Source of the DNA: Octopus bimaculoides
Taxonomy: Eukaryota
Reading direction: 5' to 3'
Length of the DNA: 64,000 bases
NCBI RefSeq assembly: GCF_001194135.2
Contig: NC_068981.1
Span: 22,410,472-22,474,471, forward strand
The stretch's first letter is position 1; the number at the start of each line of letters is the position of its first letter. Under the pieces are notes generated by a model. It searched no databases. It saw nothing but the letters and a program-made list of their open reading frames with translations, and had not been told where the DNA came from. The position numbers and the translations under genes are program-made. This document shows, one piece after another, positions 39,868 through 52,268 of the stretch.

Positions 39868-40160
39868 AACTAGCGGGACCCGTGAATATTTCACAGAATT
39901 AATGGTAAACTTATTGGGTTATTTCTGAAAACTTTTATCCAAAAAGCCTGAAAGCGTAGCCTATGGGTGTGTCTGTATCAAAAGATAGTCGCTTATTTGC
40001 TAATCATTGAAAAGTGCAGGGAATTGGAATACGACCTTCTGCACGATTTTATAGTCTTAATTCACAGCTCTCTCTCTCTTCACCTTTCCCTTCACCTAAT
40101 CACGTGAAAGTGTTACAGACGGGCTAAGTAACGGAGAAACAAGCAGAATTATTAAAAGAT
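39868..40160 (+). mobile_element. possible non-autonomous Helentron/HINE-like element
   Basis: Starts AACTAGCGGGACCCGTG with a short subterminal stem; ends AATTATTAAAAGAT. Confidence 0.35.
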
Positions 40161-40345
40161 GGTTTCAAATTTTGGCACAAGACCAGTAATTTCGGAGGAG
40201 GGAGTAAGTCGATTACATTAACCTCAGTACTCAACTGGTACATATTTTATCGACCCCGAAAAGATAAAAGGCAAAGTCGACCTCGGCGGAATTTGAACTG
40301 AGAGCGTAAAAACAGACGAAATGCTGCTAAGCATTTTTCCAGTTC
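40160..40345 (-). mobile_element. SINE A type 1
   Basis: Family motifs. Confidence 0.8.
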
Positions 40346-41216
40346 ATCACTTTAATAATAATTATAATGAATAAGGGGGAAGGGGTAATTCCACCACCTG
40401 CTGTCAATAATTTTCCAGTTTTGACTTTCTTCAAAATATTTTACAGACTTGTTTTAAGTATCTGAGATAATAATTCTTTAAAAAAAATGCGTAAGGTTTT
40501 AAGACGAATCTGAAAAAATTGCCAAAAGAAAGTCAAAATTGGAAGACAACGGAAAAGGATGGAGCAACAAACTCTCCTCCACCCTCATTTGTTGAGGCAA
40601 AATAGTAATTTACAATGCTTAAACCACATACATCCGGAGAAAATACGGATTTTGGCGCAGTAGATAATTTCCGGTTCTATTCTGTAGGAACATTATTGGC
40701 GAGTTGAAAGATAGTTCTTCAACGAGAGTTCTTCGTGAATAGAAAATATGCGCCCTTATTTCAGTTTCGAGTCATCGTTGCATTGATGTTTGCTAATACT
40801 CCTTGAAGAGGGTTCAATATTACTTCTCATGCCAGCTTACCCAAATTAGTGAATTTTACTGCATAATTTTTACCGACTCAGAACACCAGTAGTTTTAGAT
40901 TTTAGAAAACTATTATAGTGAGAGCGTGTCATTAAATAGAATATTTATATTATACACTTTATTTTTAAAAAGTGCAGAGTATTAGTATTTAAAATATAAC
41001 TTAGTATGTCTTGATTACAGCCAGAGGCCGCAGTTAAGGCAGAGATTGAAACTTAATGTATAAGTAAATGGTGCATGCTTCAGATCCGTTTGTTTGCATT
41101 TTTGGGGTGGGAAAATAAAAGCGGCAGCTTATTACATTTCCGACGAGATTGACTGTAACACGATGGCAGGCGCATTGCTTGTTTTATGTAGGCGTCTGAA
41201 CTCTGTCTTCATAATA

Positions 41217-41296
41217 TAAGATTAGGATAATTTAAGATTAGGATAATTTAAGATTAGGATAATTTAAGATTATGATAATTTAAGATTATGATATTT
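41217..41296. repeat. 16-bp tandem repeat x5 (TAAGATTAGGATAATT)
   Basis: Direct reading. Confidence 0.95.
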
Positions 41297-42249
41297 ATAA
41301 ATTTAGCTAATATTCCCATACTTGCTAAGTATGGTATTATTAGCTAAACCTTAAGTCTAGATTTCGACAGATGTTGTGGGATCGATCTCAGGAGTGATTA
41401 ACTAAAAAGGAAATATCTTTATGAATTGCAGCATTCTTAACTAATCGAAAATAGTAATGGACGAGATCGAACTGGCAAAATGTAAGTTGAAATGCCTCAA
41501 GGATCAGTATTCTCATAATTTCTGTAATATCGTTTATCGTTTTCATTACAATGCGACTGTAAGACCCTTACTGATGATACAAAAATCAATACATGTATAC
41601 AAACTGAATGAAAACAGCGCACTACACAGATTTAGTGCACTACACAGCACACTACGCAGAGAAAAGGTCTGGAGATCTTTTTAAAAAACAAATTCTGAAA
41701 AATGCAAGATTATGCGTTATTGACATGGTAACTTTAGGCTGAAGTGCAGTATGAATGGAAGAATATCTACAGACTATGAAAAAGATTTAGGAATAGACCC
41801 GTTAGAAATAGCAGCCAAATTCACTCAAATTGAAACTTAACCGATTAAAAAAAACAACAAAGGAAATAGACATTGTTGTTCTAGATATGCCAAAAGATGA
41901 GACGGTATTGTCTGGACTACTTTTCATTAAAGATCTTCCCATTTTGGACCGAGCTAGTCCTTAACAACAACTACATCCAAAGCCACAAGAATTACATATA
42001 CAGAAACTAGTACTAAGAGTCACTGTACTGTATTAAAATTCGACTTTAAAAATAGTCAATTGTGGCTGTAGTTAAAAAAGCTCGCTCGGCAACATCTTGG
42101 GCAAGTGTCTTCTACAACAGTCCCGAGCAGACCAATGCCTTGTGAATGAGTTTGGTAGATGGAAAATCTGGAAGCCCGTCGTGTGTGTGTGTGTGTGTAT
42201 AGAAGATAAGAAAATAGAGATAATTAATAGTTATTTATTAATTTTAAAA

Positions 42250-42458
42250 ATAGACATCATCTCTGACAGCTGTTTCGATTCCAGACCTTTATAAATTACC
42301 ATAATTAAAACCATTTAAAAGTCTATCAGAGATGGCTAAAGATATACCATTAGGTATATCTTTAGCCAACTCTGAGATTCGACATTTAAATGGTTTTAGT
42401 TATAGTAATTAATTTATAAAGGTTTGGAATCGAAACAGCTGTCAGAGATGATGCCTAT
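42250..42458. mobile_element. about 209-bp imperfect palindrome; each arm carries a degenerate hammerhead-like motif (Penelope-like relic)
   Basis: Centre GATATACC-ATTA-GGTATATC; CGAAACAGCTGTCAGAGATG on + (42431-42450) and on - (42258-42277); inserted in the microsatellite of a SINE B (42040-42700). Confidence 0.6.
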
Positions 42459-43400
42459 GCGCGCGTGCACACACACACACACACACACATATCGACATTT
42501 GTGTTTTTGTTTCTCCCTCACCACCGTTTGGAAACCGGTAAAATTTTATGTCCCCACAAAACAGCGATTCAGCAAAGTCTCCGACACAATAAGTATCGGA
42601 CTAACAATTAAATACTAGAGTCGATTTATTCGACTAAACACTTGAAGGTGACGTTCCAGCATGGCCGTAGTCCAATTGTTGAATCAAGTAAAAGATAAAT
42701 CAAATGCTGGGAGTAACATTCTTTTATTTACTCAAATAGTGAAATGTACGATTTTATATAGATCTATATCATGGTTGTGGAACGAACCTACCAAGAGTAG
42801 GGCGTGCATACTTGAATATCTAGGCCATAGCCCTTGAAAAATCCAGAAAAAAAGCCACCAGAATTAAGAAATCTATTCTGTGAAGAAATATATAAAATCG
42901 TAGCAATTATAACTGCAGAGAAGAGTTAAAGAGAAATCCTGATACAAGTGTTCAAAGTAATGAATGACCTTGAAAATATGTTCGTATATTGTTGTAGAAA
43001 AATGAAAATATAAAAAAGAGGTCATGCCTACACACTTTATCAAGTAACAATGCTCTAAAGACATCAGAAGATATTTTTATTTTCAAAGAACTTTTAGTGA
43101 ATGGAATAGTTTGTCAGGTCAAAGTAGTAAACACTATAGCAGTAAATAACTTTAAAGATATAAGATGAAATGAAGATTAAAACTCATCTGACGATGAGTG
43201 GCGGTGATCTGAGAGTACTAAATAGTGCAAAGGGAATTTCGCAAAATTCAATTGATAGCTTTTTCGGGTTGTTTCTTCTCCCTCTCCCTGCAATATCTTA
43301 TTGTTTTCGTGGAAGTAATAATTGTATTGCTCTAGTAATAGTGATAGTGGTGTTTGAGGCAACGATGTTTTGGTACCAGGTTATTTTTGATCGAGAATAC

Positions 43401-43558
43401 CTTTTTAACGGGGTTAGTTGCGTTGAGGGATAAAGCTGGTTTGAGTTCCAATGTACGTGTGCGTGTAGATAAAGGAACAGAAAAACCAAGAGGATAAAAT
43501 ATGACGATTTCTTCAACCCGTTAAAGAGCATTAACACAGCATCGCTGTTGCGATACAT
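43401..43558 (-). CDS. candidate first coding exon with signal-anchor-like segment (MYRNSDAVLMLFNGLKKSSYFILLVFLFLYLHAHVHW...)
   Basis: AAAATG start, basic residues then a hydrophobic run, donor AAG|GTATTC. Confidence 0.25.
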
Positions 43559-43690
43559 TTTGAAAGAACGAACAGAATATATACACAATGGTTTTACATG
43601 CAGTTGGTACATAATGAAGTATGTGATGTAGAATAGGAAAATAAGGTAAAACAAACGTTGCCACAAATAAATTTAAAGTTTTATTTGCAA

Positions 43691-43700
43691 AAAATGGCGG
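43691..43700 (+). promoter_or_regulatory. YY1-type motif AAAATGGCGG
   Basis: Exact motif in unique sequence. Confidence 0.3.
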
Positions 43701-43904
43701 AGTTAATTAATACTATGGCGCTAATTTTTCGTCAAATCTCATGCTACCATTTGAAAAAGAGAACACGTTAGATTACGTAGTCCTGGACTCCCTTAAATTA
43801 GGAAAAAAGAGTGATCACGGCCGGAACGCTTTTGGTCCAGAGACTGCTCTGTCACATCCGACCTTGAGCTACGCAACATCTACAAACAATATAACCCAGA
43901 GAGC

Positions 43905-44145
43905 AATTATTCTTTTACTTGTTCCAGTCATTTGACTGGGGCCAAGCTGGAGCACCACCTCGAAGAAATTGACCCCTGGACTTATTCTTTGTAAGCCTGG
44001 TACTTATTCTATCGGTCTCTTTACCGAACCGCAAAGTTACGGGGATGTAAACATACCAACATAGGTTGTCAAGCGACGATGATGGGATGGGGTGGGGGAC
44101 AAACACATACGACGGGCTTTCAGTTTCCGTCTACCAAATCCATTT
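43905..44145 (-). mobile_element. partial SINE B
   Basis: Family consensus. Confidence 0.85.
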
Positions 44146-45827
44146 TGTTCTTTCTCTAATTTTTCACTCATTAAATTTTCTTCATTGACAACTGTGACTT
44201 AACTGCTTACTTAATCACCACCATCACCACATAAAGATGTCGAAATAAAATTAAACTTAAGTGATACTCAGCCACCCATTCATACTTTCCTTTAGATATA
44301 AATTTCATTTCCACTCCTCTCAAATTCCCAAGACAATCACAGATTTAAATATTTTTTTACATATTTATTACGATTGCAGATTTTGTTTAGTCTGTTATTG
44401 GTATTATATGCTTTCAGCTCTGTTAAATTCTAACATAGCCTTTAATTTCCCTAGATAATTCATGTTATTCCGACCAGAAGTTTCTGCCATTAAACAAATT
44501 CATATGAGACTGTTTATAAGTTCGCTTTAACTTACCCGAGGGGGTAGTGGTAACAAGTTAGTAGGGAAATGTCAGTATATTTTTATGTCTCAGTTTACTC
44601 TAACTCAATATTATTTCTAATATATTTAGGCTTTCCGTAGGATAACTGGATGTAAATATTTTTTTTTCCTCGGTGGTCGGAATACTGTACCAGGACTGCA
44701 ATAACTAAAATTTAAAGATAAGAAACTGTAAGTGTCGCTAGTAGCCATTGGGGGTAAAGCTGGTTAATGTAATTCAGGGAAAAAGGATAGAAGACGACGA
44801 CTTTGTTGTTGTTGTTACATCAAAATTTGATAACATTTCTCCAGAATGGTGTTAGGAAGAGGGTAAATTCAAATGATACATTTTAGCGACTTGTCCTATT
44901 TACTGATGAATAAATAGGGTAAAGATTTTGTTGTGATGCAGTCTAGTTCTGCATTTGTTTGTTTGTTTTTTTATCATCTTGAAATAGATATGGTTGACTT
45001 TGAACGTAGTAATCTACTGGAGCTGTTTCAGTGCAATATGCTGCAATAAATAATAATGGCGGTCCAGTAAGTCAGACAACTTGAAACTCACATGAAAGTG
45101 AAGAATTGCATTATTTAGACAGCGTATTTAATAAAATGTTTTTAAGCATTGTTCAGTACATATTCCTTGATCTAAGTCCATCTCTCTCCGAGGCCAACTC
45201 TGTTCTTCGCCCATTCGGTCTTGATAAAATACGTCCCGAGCAAAGATCGATATAGTCTGCTCTTGCCACCACATAAAAAAAAATGAAGCCTTTTACATAT
45301 ATTAGTAATTAGAGGGAAGATTTAACTGTTCAGGGAGCCCTCTATGTGGTCACTCGAGTAGTAGTAAATAACCAAATCTGCCTCACATTATAACCTTCCG
45401 TTTTAAAAAGAAAACAAACATTGGATAACATAGTCTTAGACATTACCGCTTGAAATGATGACGGAATGGTTACAGCTAGGATGCTTGATTAGTACTCACT
45501 TGAGAATAAACAACCAGTGTCTAGACAGAAGCTTGTATGTTTACACGTGTCTGTACGTTTGCCTGCTTATACACACACATCTTTTAATGTTTAATCGACA
45601 AAGTTACAAATGAGACTCAAGAACATTAGTTTCGTGCCTAAGTGCCATGTACGAAACTCTCAGATCTTGAGTCACTAATCGTATTTTTTGTATTAAAAAG
45701 CGTATATATACTCATTGTTTTTTCAACTGCGTGTGATGAGATAGACCGCAATATCTTTAGAAACAGAGGACTACATTCTTTGAATAATACAGTTATGGAG
45801 ACTCTCATACAGGACTTCAAGTTTCTA

Positions 45828-46134
45828 CAGTTCTATATTTAAGAGATGAGGAATTATGTACATTATTTGCATTTGAGGGATATTTGTCCACATCTTGTCC
45901 ACAACGTTTCGGGCATATGGCGTAGTGGTTAAGAGCGCGGGCTATTAATCCCAAGATTCCGAGTTCGATTCCAAGAAGTGACCTGAACACTAATAATAAC
46001 ATCGAAAAATACCTTAGGAATGAGAACCCAGGTTCGACCCAAGACACCTGATGAAGGCTGGCGAGTATATTAGCCGAAACGTTGTGTTAACAACAAAGAA
46101 GATGTGGACAAATATCCGTCAAATGTAAATAATG
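45828..46134 (+). mobile_element. tRNA-headed, hammerhead-tailed element with an inverted partial terminal repeat (Penelope-like non-autonomous element)
   Basis: 12-bp TSD TTCAAGTTTCTA at 45816-45827 and 46135-46146; inverted copy 45828-45912 of 46074-46135; A box TGGCGTAGTGG and B box GAGTTCGATTCC at 45918-45972. Confidence 0.8.
46043..46088 (+). ncRNA. minimal type I hammerhead ribozyme
   Basis: Stem I GACAC/GTGTT; core CTGATGA(A); stem II GGCTG/TAGCC; GAAA; palindromic stem III AACGTT; predicted cut after GUU at 46083. Confidence 0.75.
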
Positions 46135-46227
46135 TTCAAGTTTCTATGTCAACGATACGATGATCGTTGCACTTTAGTTGCAAATTCGGTTCCCCCCTAC
46201 CCCCATGATTTTTCTTGCTTGTTATTG

Positions 46228-46310
46228 ATGATGCTTCGAGCACCGGACTTCCGATGGCTGAAGAAGCAGGGCGATCACTGTATCCTTGACAAAATTTCGA
46301 AGTCCTATAT
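46228..46310 (+). CDS. candidate first coding exon (MMLRAPDFRWLKKQGDHCILDKISKSY)
   Basis: CpG-rich, perfect donor TAT|GTGAGT at 46311, just upstream of the CpG-depleted domain. Confidence 0.35.
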
Positions 46311-47139
46311 GTGAGTCTCCATTCAACACACACACACGCATCGCGCGCACACAGATATTGTTCACGTGACTATTCCATAGCAAAAACATTAGCACTTTGT
46401 AATATAAATGCAACAAGTAAATATTAAAGCATTTCAACACTTTGATTCTTTTGTGAATGTTTGATTCTAATGTAAATATTACAATGCAATGTTTTCACTT
46501 GGATGGAGTCAGGAATGATAAATACAATGAATTATATTTGCTTGTATATTATAAATTCATGTATCGTGTGTTACACTTTTCTACTTGACACTGATAGCAA
46601 ATGAACAAGTTACAGACATTTTCTTCTCTCTCTCTCTCTCTCTCTTCCTTTTTTTTTTTTTTTTTTTGCAAGTCAGTAAGCAAAGTAGCCATTTGAANNN
46701 NNNNNNNTGTATTAGGAAATAGTTGAATGATATATATATATATATATTATATATATATATACACACACATCATTTATGTACACACACATATATTTTGTGT
46801 GTGTATGCGTGAATATGTATGAATGTTTTTGTGTGTGTATATACATGCACTTGTGTGTGTGTATATTTATATGAACGTATTTGTGGATGTGTATATATAT
46901 GTGCATATATGTGTGTGTGTGCATAAGTACATGTGTGTATGCACGTGTGTAGAATGTGTTTGAGCAAAGCAGAATTTGTGTTTACATTGTGTCTGATTGT
47001 TCTACGCCCTCAAAAACCAGTGGAATGTAAAAATCTTTTACTTGAAATTTAGACGAAGGTTGACGACAAATGTAAAAAAAAAATCGTGTTTCAAAATCAG
47101 TTCCTGTCCAATTCATGCTAGCATGGAAATACAAGGTAC

Positions 47140-47915
47140 AGACCTGGCTGTGTGGTTAAGCTCATCTTGCAGCCACATGACGTTGGGGTCAATCCCACTG
47201 CGTGGCATCTTAGGCTACTATTTTCGCGTGGTACTTTGGGCAAGTGTCTTCTACTATAGTCTCAGGCCGACCAAAGCCTTGTGAGTGGATTTGGTAGACG
47301 GAAACTGAAAGAAGCCTGTCGTATATATGTATATATGTACGTATATATATATATATATATATATNNNNNNNNNNNNNNNNNNNNNNNNNNNNNNNNNNNN
47401 NNNNNNNNNNNNNNNNNNNNNNNNNNNNNNNNNNNNNNNNNNNNNNNNNNNNNNNNNNNNNNNNNNNNNNNNNNNNNNNNNNNNNNNNNNNNNNNNNNNN
47501 NNNNNNNNNNNNNNNNNNNNNNNNNNNNNNNNNNNNNNNNNNNNNNNNNNNNNNNNNNNNNNNNNNNNNNNNNNNNNNNNNNNNNNNNNNNNNNNNNNNN
47601 NNNNNNNNNNNNNNNNNNNNNNNNNNNNNNNNNNNNNNNNNNNNNNNNNNNNNNNNNNNNNNNNNNNNNNNNNNNNNNNNNNTGCTGATCCCTTAATTAT
47701 GTTTATATATATGTGTTTGTGTGTGTGTGTTTGTCTCCCCAACATCGCTTGACAACCGATGCTGGTGTGTTTACGTTCCCGTAACCTAGCAGTTCGGCAA
47801 AAGAAACCGATAGAATAAGTACTAGGCTTACAAAGAATAAGTCCCGGGGTCGATTTGCTCGACTAAAGGCGGTGCTCCAGCATGGCTGCAGTCAAATGAC
47901 TGAAACAAGTAAAAG
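47140..47915 (+). mobile_element. SINE B spanning an assembly gap
   Basis: 5' half before and 3' half after the N run. Confidence 0.85.
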
Positions 47916-48251
47916 AGAGGGAGTCCTCCACTGACCAATACGTTGCTAGTGAATTTGGTAGACAGAAACTGTGGAAGCCTGACATGTATATGTGTATATG
48001 TATGAATGTCTCTTTGTGACTGCCCCCACCATTGTTTGACAACCGGTGTTAGTTTTGTTTACATCCCTGTAACAGTGTTTCAGTGAAAGAGTCCAACAGA
48101 ACAAGTACCACATTTTAAAAAGAGTACTGTGGTTAATTTTTCTAATACCCTTCAAAACAGTGCCCTTGCATGGCCACAGCCAATGACTGAAGCCAGTAAA
48201 AGAAAATATATATATTTGGGCATATATACATACATAAATACATGCTATACA

Positions 48252-48900
48252 TCATCATCATCGTTTAACGTCCACTTTCCATGCTAGCATGGGTTGGACA
48301 GTTTGACTGGGGACTGGTGAGCCAGATGGCTACACCAGACTCCAATCTGATCTGGCAGAATTTCTACAACTGGATGCTCTTCCTAATGCTAACCACTCCC
48401 AGAGTGTAGTGGGTGCTTTTACGTGCCACCAGCACGAGGGCCAGTAAGGCGGTACTGGCAACAGCCACGCTCAAGTGGTGTTTTTTATGTGCCACCTGCG
48501 CAGGAGCCAGTCCAGCGGCACTGGCAACGCCATCGCTCGAATGCTGTTTTTCACGCAACACTGGCACAAGTGCTAGTAAGGCGATGCTGGTAACAATCAC
48601 ACTCGAATGGTGCTTTTTACATGCCACCGGCACGAGGGCCAATCAGTGGCCCTGGCAATGATTACGCTCAGATGGTGTTCTTAGTGCTCTACGAGCATGG
48701 ATGCCAGTCATGCGGTGCTGTCATTGAATTTGATTTCGATTTCACTTGCCTCAACAGGTCTTTGCAAGCACAGTTTAGTGTCCAATGAAAGAAAGGTATG
48801 CCTAAGTGGGTTGGTTACACCACTAGCATAGGCCACGGGTTATGGTCTCACTTGGCTTGCCAGGTCTTCTCAAGCACAAGATATTTCCAAAGGCCTGACA
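48252..48900 (-). mobile_element. SINE-like family E with (GAT)n tail and internal 60-70-bp tandem units (partial copies 50460-50660, 51760-51975)
   Basis: CATCATCATCGTTTAACGTCCACTTTCCATGCTAGCATGGG end; repeated GTGCTTTTACGTGCCACCGGCAC-like units. Confidence 0.7.
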
Positions 48901-50994
48901 CCAATATTTAAGCCTTATGCAAGAGTAATTAGTTCACCTATGATGAAAATCAAACAATACCAAAGTAAGCAATCCCCACAAATCATGAATACATAAAATC
49001 TTTCCACTTCACAAGAATGAAGGACAACCCAGATGTATAAGACTAAGTTATAAATCAAGTATAACATATGTACATTCCCATCATGAGCTGCCCAAAATGG
49101 ATATTACTATACATACATAATGGTATTCATGTATAAAAAAACCCTGAAATTTTCAGAACGTCTTTTGTGTGTGGTTGACCTGGTGATTTATATTTAGCAG
49201 GCAATCTAACCCTAACTTTTAACTCTAAACCCTAACCCCAGATCAGGTCATTTCACATCATAGACCACAAATACTGTGGTAGACCACATGCTGAAGCAGC
49301 ACTAAATTTTCTTCATATTTTCAATGCTTTTATCAATGGCAGTCTAATGTTCCTTAGTTAAATATTGAATCAATAAAAAATTCAATAGAAAAAGGAGAAA
49401 ATCAGTAAATGATATTTTGCATTGTGTAGATAAAACCATTGTTAGTCAATTAATGACTCTCCACAAATAAAGCCAAAGTTGTGTATTCTTTTCTCATTTA
49501 GCACTTCATAATAAACCAATAAGTTAGTATCATCATCATGTTAATATCCTCTTTTCTATGTTCATATTGGTCAGATGTAATTTGTTGAGGCAAATTTTCT
49601 ACAGCCAGACGCCCAAGTTCACTTTGCATTTTCTCCTCAGGTTGACTTTGCATTTTATCCCTTCAGGGTTGATAAAATAAGAACCAGTTAAGTACTAGAG
49701 TTGACATAATCGACTTTCCACAAAATTGCTGGCTTTTTTTCAAAAATTAAAAGGAATTATTCAATGGAAAAACTTTAGTACAGACAGCTATAAAGGAATA
49801 AATTTTGTTTCATATGCTGGGAGTTTTTTTTTTTCTATTGTAATAGAAGACTTGAGTGAAGTTTGGCATTTACAATTATATGTAATATAGCCAAAACATT
49901 TAAGTCAGTAAAAAATTAAAATAGGTTTGTATACATACATATATCTTGGAGAAGCCTTTGACCAATACTGCGGTAAACCAAATAGGTAACCCAACAAGGA
50001 AACTTCTGTATGAGCACTCGACCAGCTAGAAATACCAGTCAACACTGTTTCCAAACTATACCATGCCATCTTAAAGAGGGCTACATTGAATAATGCAGCC
50101 TAGGGGAAATTATGACTGAAGAAAAGATGGAATGGTCATAACTGGATAGCTTTTGATCACAGATATTCTTGATGACAGTATACCTGGAGATAAACAACCA
50201 TTAATGGGAACATTTTAAAATAAATGTTTGGCTATTTTAATGCTTCATGGTTTGGTTGCCCTCTAACCTATACATTTATAAAAAAATCATAAATGACTTG
50301 ATTTCTATGTGAAGTTGGTGTCTTACTATGGTTATAGTCCACCGACTGAAGCCAGTAAATGTGGAATAAAAAGAATGTATATAAAGGGCAAATTCAATTT
50401 ACTGAATGCTCAGTGTTGAAGGTATAAAATGGCCAATTCCTTAATTACTACTTTCTATCTGTATTAATGTCCAGCTTCCATACTGGCCTGGATTAGATGT
50501 TTTGACAGGGTCTGACAAGCTGGAGGACTGCCTCGTGCTCCTGTGTCTGTTCTGGTATGGTTTCTATGGCTGGATGCCCTTCCTAATGTCAACCTCTTCC
50601 CAGTGTACTGTGTGCTTTTTTTCAAGGCACCAGCACTATGGTTGATCATCTTATAACTTGCAAGGCTAAGACTATATAATTGAAGACTCTTATAAATGAA
50701 AAACAGAAGAGTTGGTGTTGATCCTATGCAGAGGTATGACCAACAGTTAGTATACCATGTATGTATACCATGGAAGGGTATACATACTTGGGTTTTAATG
50801 CATACTAATGTAATCTTGAATTACAGGATATTCTGATTAAACTTTCAATCTGTGTTTCATAAAAACAAAAATCCTGACATCAAAAGTTCTTATTTAGTTA
50901 GCTTTGATTCAGAATAGTCTCTTTCCCCTTGGCTTTTTTTTTTTAAATTGTTTTGTAGATTAAGCTATATCTTTGTTTGGTTATCAGTTGTCAG

Positions 50995-51134
50995 CTCATG
51001 GAGAATGTCTTGCATTCAAACAAAATCTCTTTGAGATACTAAACTGCCAGACAAAGGGGAAAAAGAAAGAGGAAGAAGGAAATGGTGATGCCTCTGAGCA
51101 TTTAATTACAGTCTGTGATATAATCTCACCTCAA
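50995..51134 (+). CDS. candidate exon (AHGECLAFKQNLFEILNCQTKGKKKEEEGNGDASEHLITVCDIISPQ)
   Basis: Acceptor TTATCAGTTGTCAG|, weak donor CAA|GTATCA, in frame with the next exon. Confidence 0.35.
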
Positions 51135-51269
51135 GTATCAACAGGGAAAAAAGGTTATTCAGTATATTAGTTCACTTTGGGGATGGTAAAGTGAAGGCTG
51201 AAGGAGATTTGGCTGTTCTTTATAGCAAGCAAATCATATAACTGATACTATTTGTTTGCATTATCACAG

Positions 51270-51319
51270 GTTGCACATAATGGAACGAAGGTACTGAAAG
51301 TCAAAGATCAACTGGATAT
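51270..51319 (+). CDS. candidate exon (VAHNGTKVLKVKDQLD)
   Basis: Acceptor TTTGTTTGCATTATCACAG|, donor TAT|GTAAGG. Confidence 0.45.
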
Positions 51320-52234
51320 GTAAGGGTTACTGTTTGTTGCTGATACAAACTCCTTTACAAACTTCCTGCTCCAAGCAGGCACAAACATTTCTAAACACCC
51401 ACATGTGTCTGCAATGTTTCAGAACACTAGCCTTTTCATTCTGACTAGAACAGATATTAAAGACAAGTGATGCACATAAATGGCACCAGAAGCAACAGCC
51501 GGAAGACAATGCTATGCTGATGTGCATAAACCACCCTCATGAAATGCTTAGGAAAAGCAAACAGTGATATCTGATCATCTTTACATTGCTTCTTTTCTCT
51601 GCTGTGTCTATCATTAGAATCAACAGGTGGAGGTGGGTGTGTGGGTGTTGGGGCTTTTATGTGGTCACTTAACTTGCTGGAAATAGCAGCTGAATTTCTC
51701 AAATTACAATATATAAATGACCTGCTCACCACAACAGAATTGATATCCTAAAACCACCTTGGTAATGCTTGCACATGAAGGGTGCTGGTGCCACATAAAA
51801 AGCACTGGTAATGGTGTCGTGTAAAAAGTGCCCAGTATACTTTGTAAAGTGCTTGGCATAGGAAAGACATCCAGCTATAGAAACTAAGCTAAAATAGATA
51901 GTGGAACCTGGCCTTACCAGCTCCTGTCAAGCCATCCAACCCATGCTGGCATGGAAAACAGACATTATGATGATGATGAGAAACACAGCATGATATTGTC
52001 CTAAGTGAATGAGATAGAATGGTCATGGCTGGAATGTCTTTGACCATAGGTCTGTTCAGTCATGTCTAGCTAGAAATCATGCCACGACAAATGCAGGAAT
52101 TGAATGGGCAGTGATGAATTTATATCCAAAACTGTTAGTCCTATACAATTCATTATTGCATGTTGGAATAAGCAGCATAATCCTTAGCTAGGCACAAGCA
52201 TAGATTAATTAGCTGACTAATTACATTCCATCAG

Positions 52235-52268
52235 GCTGCTTGATCAGAATTGATGTGGATCTACACAG
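52235..52268 (+). CDS. candidate exon (GCLIRIDVDLH)
   Basis: Branch-like CTGAC/CTAAT, acceptor ATTCCATCAG|, donor CAG|GTGAGG. Confidence 0.3.

Noticed and set aside
44903-44909. CTGATGA here and on the minus strand at 37007-37013 as further hammerheads
   Set aside because: No stem II followed by GAAA, and no stem I/III pairing nearby.
45912-45985. Functional tRNA gene (also the heads of SINE A, B and C)
   Set aside because: A/B boxes are present but the acceptor stem does not pair properly and the sequence continues into repeat bodies; tRNA-derived heads only.
49206-49238. Interstitial telomeric (CCCTAA)n
   Set aside because: Only two or three degenerate units; no array.
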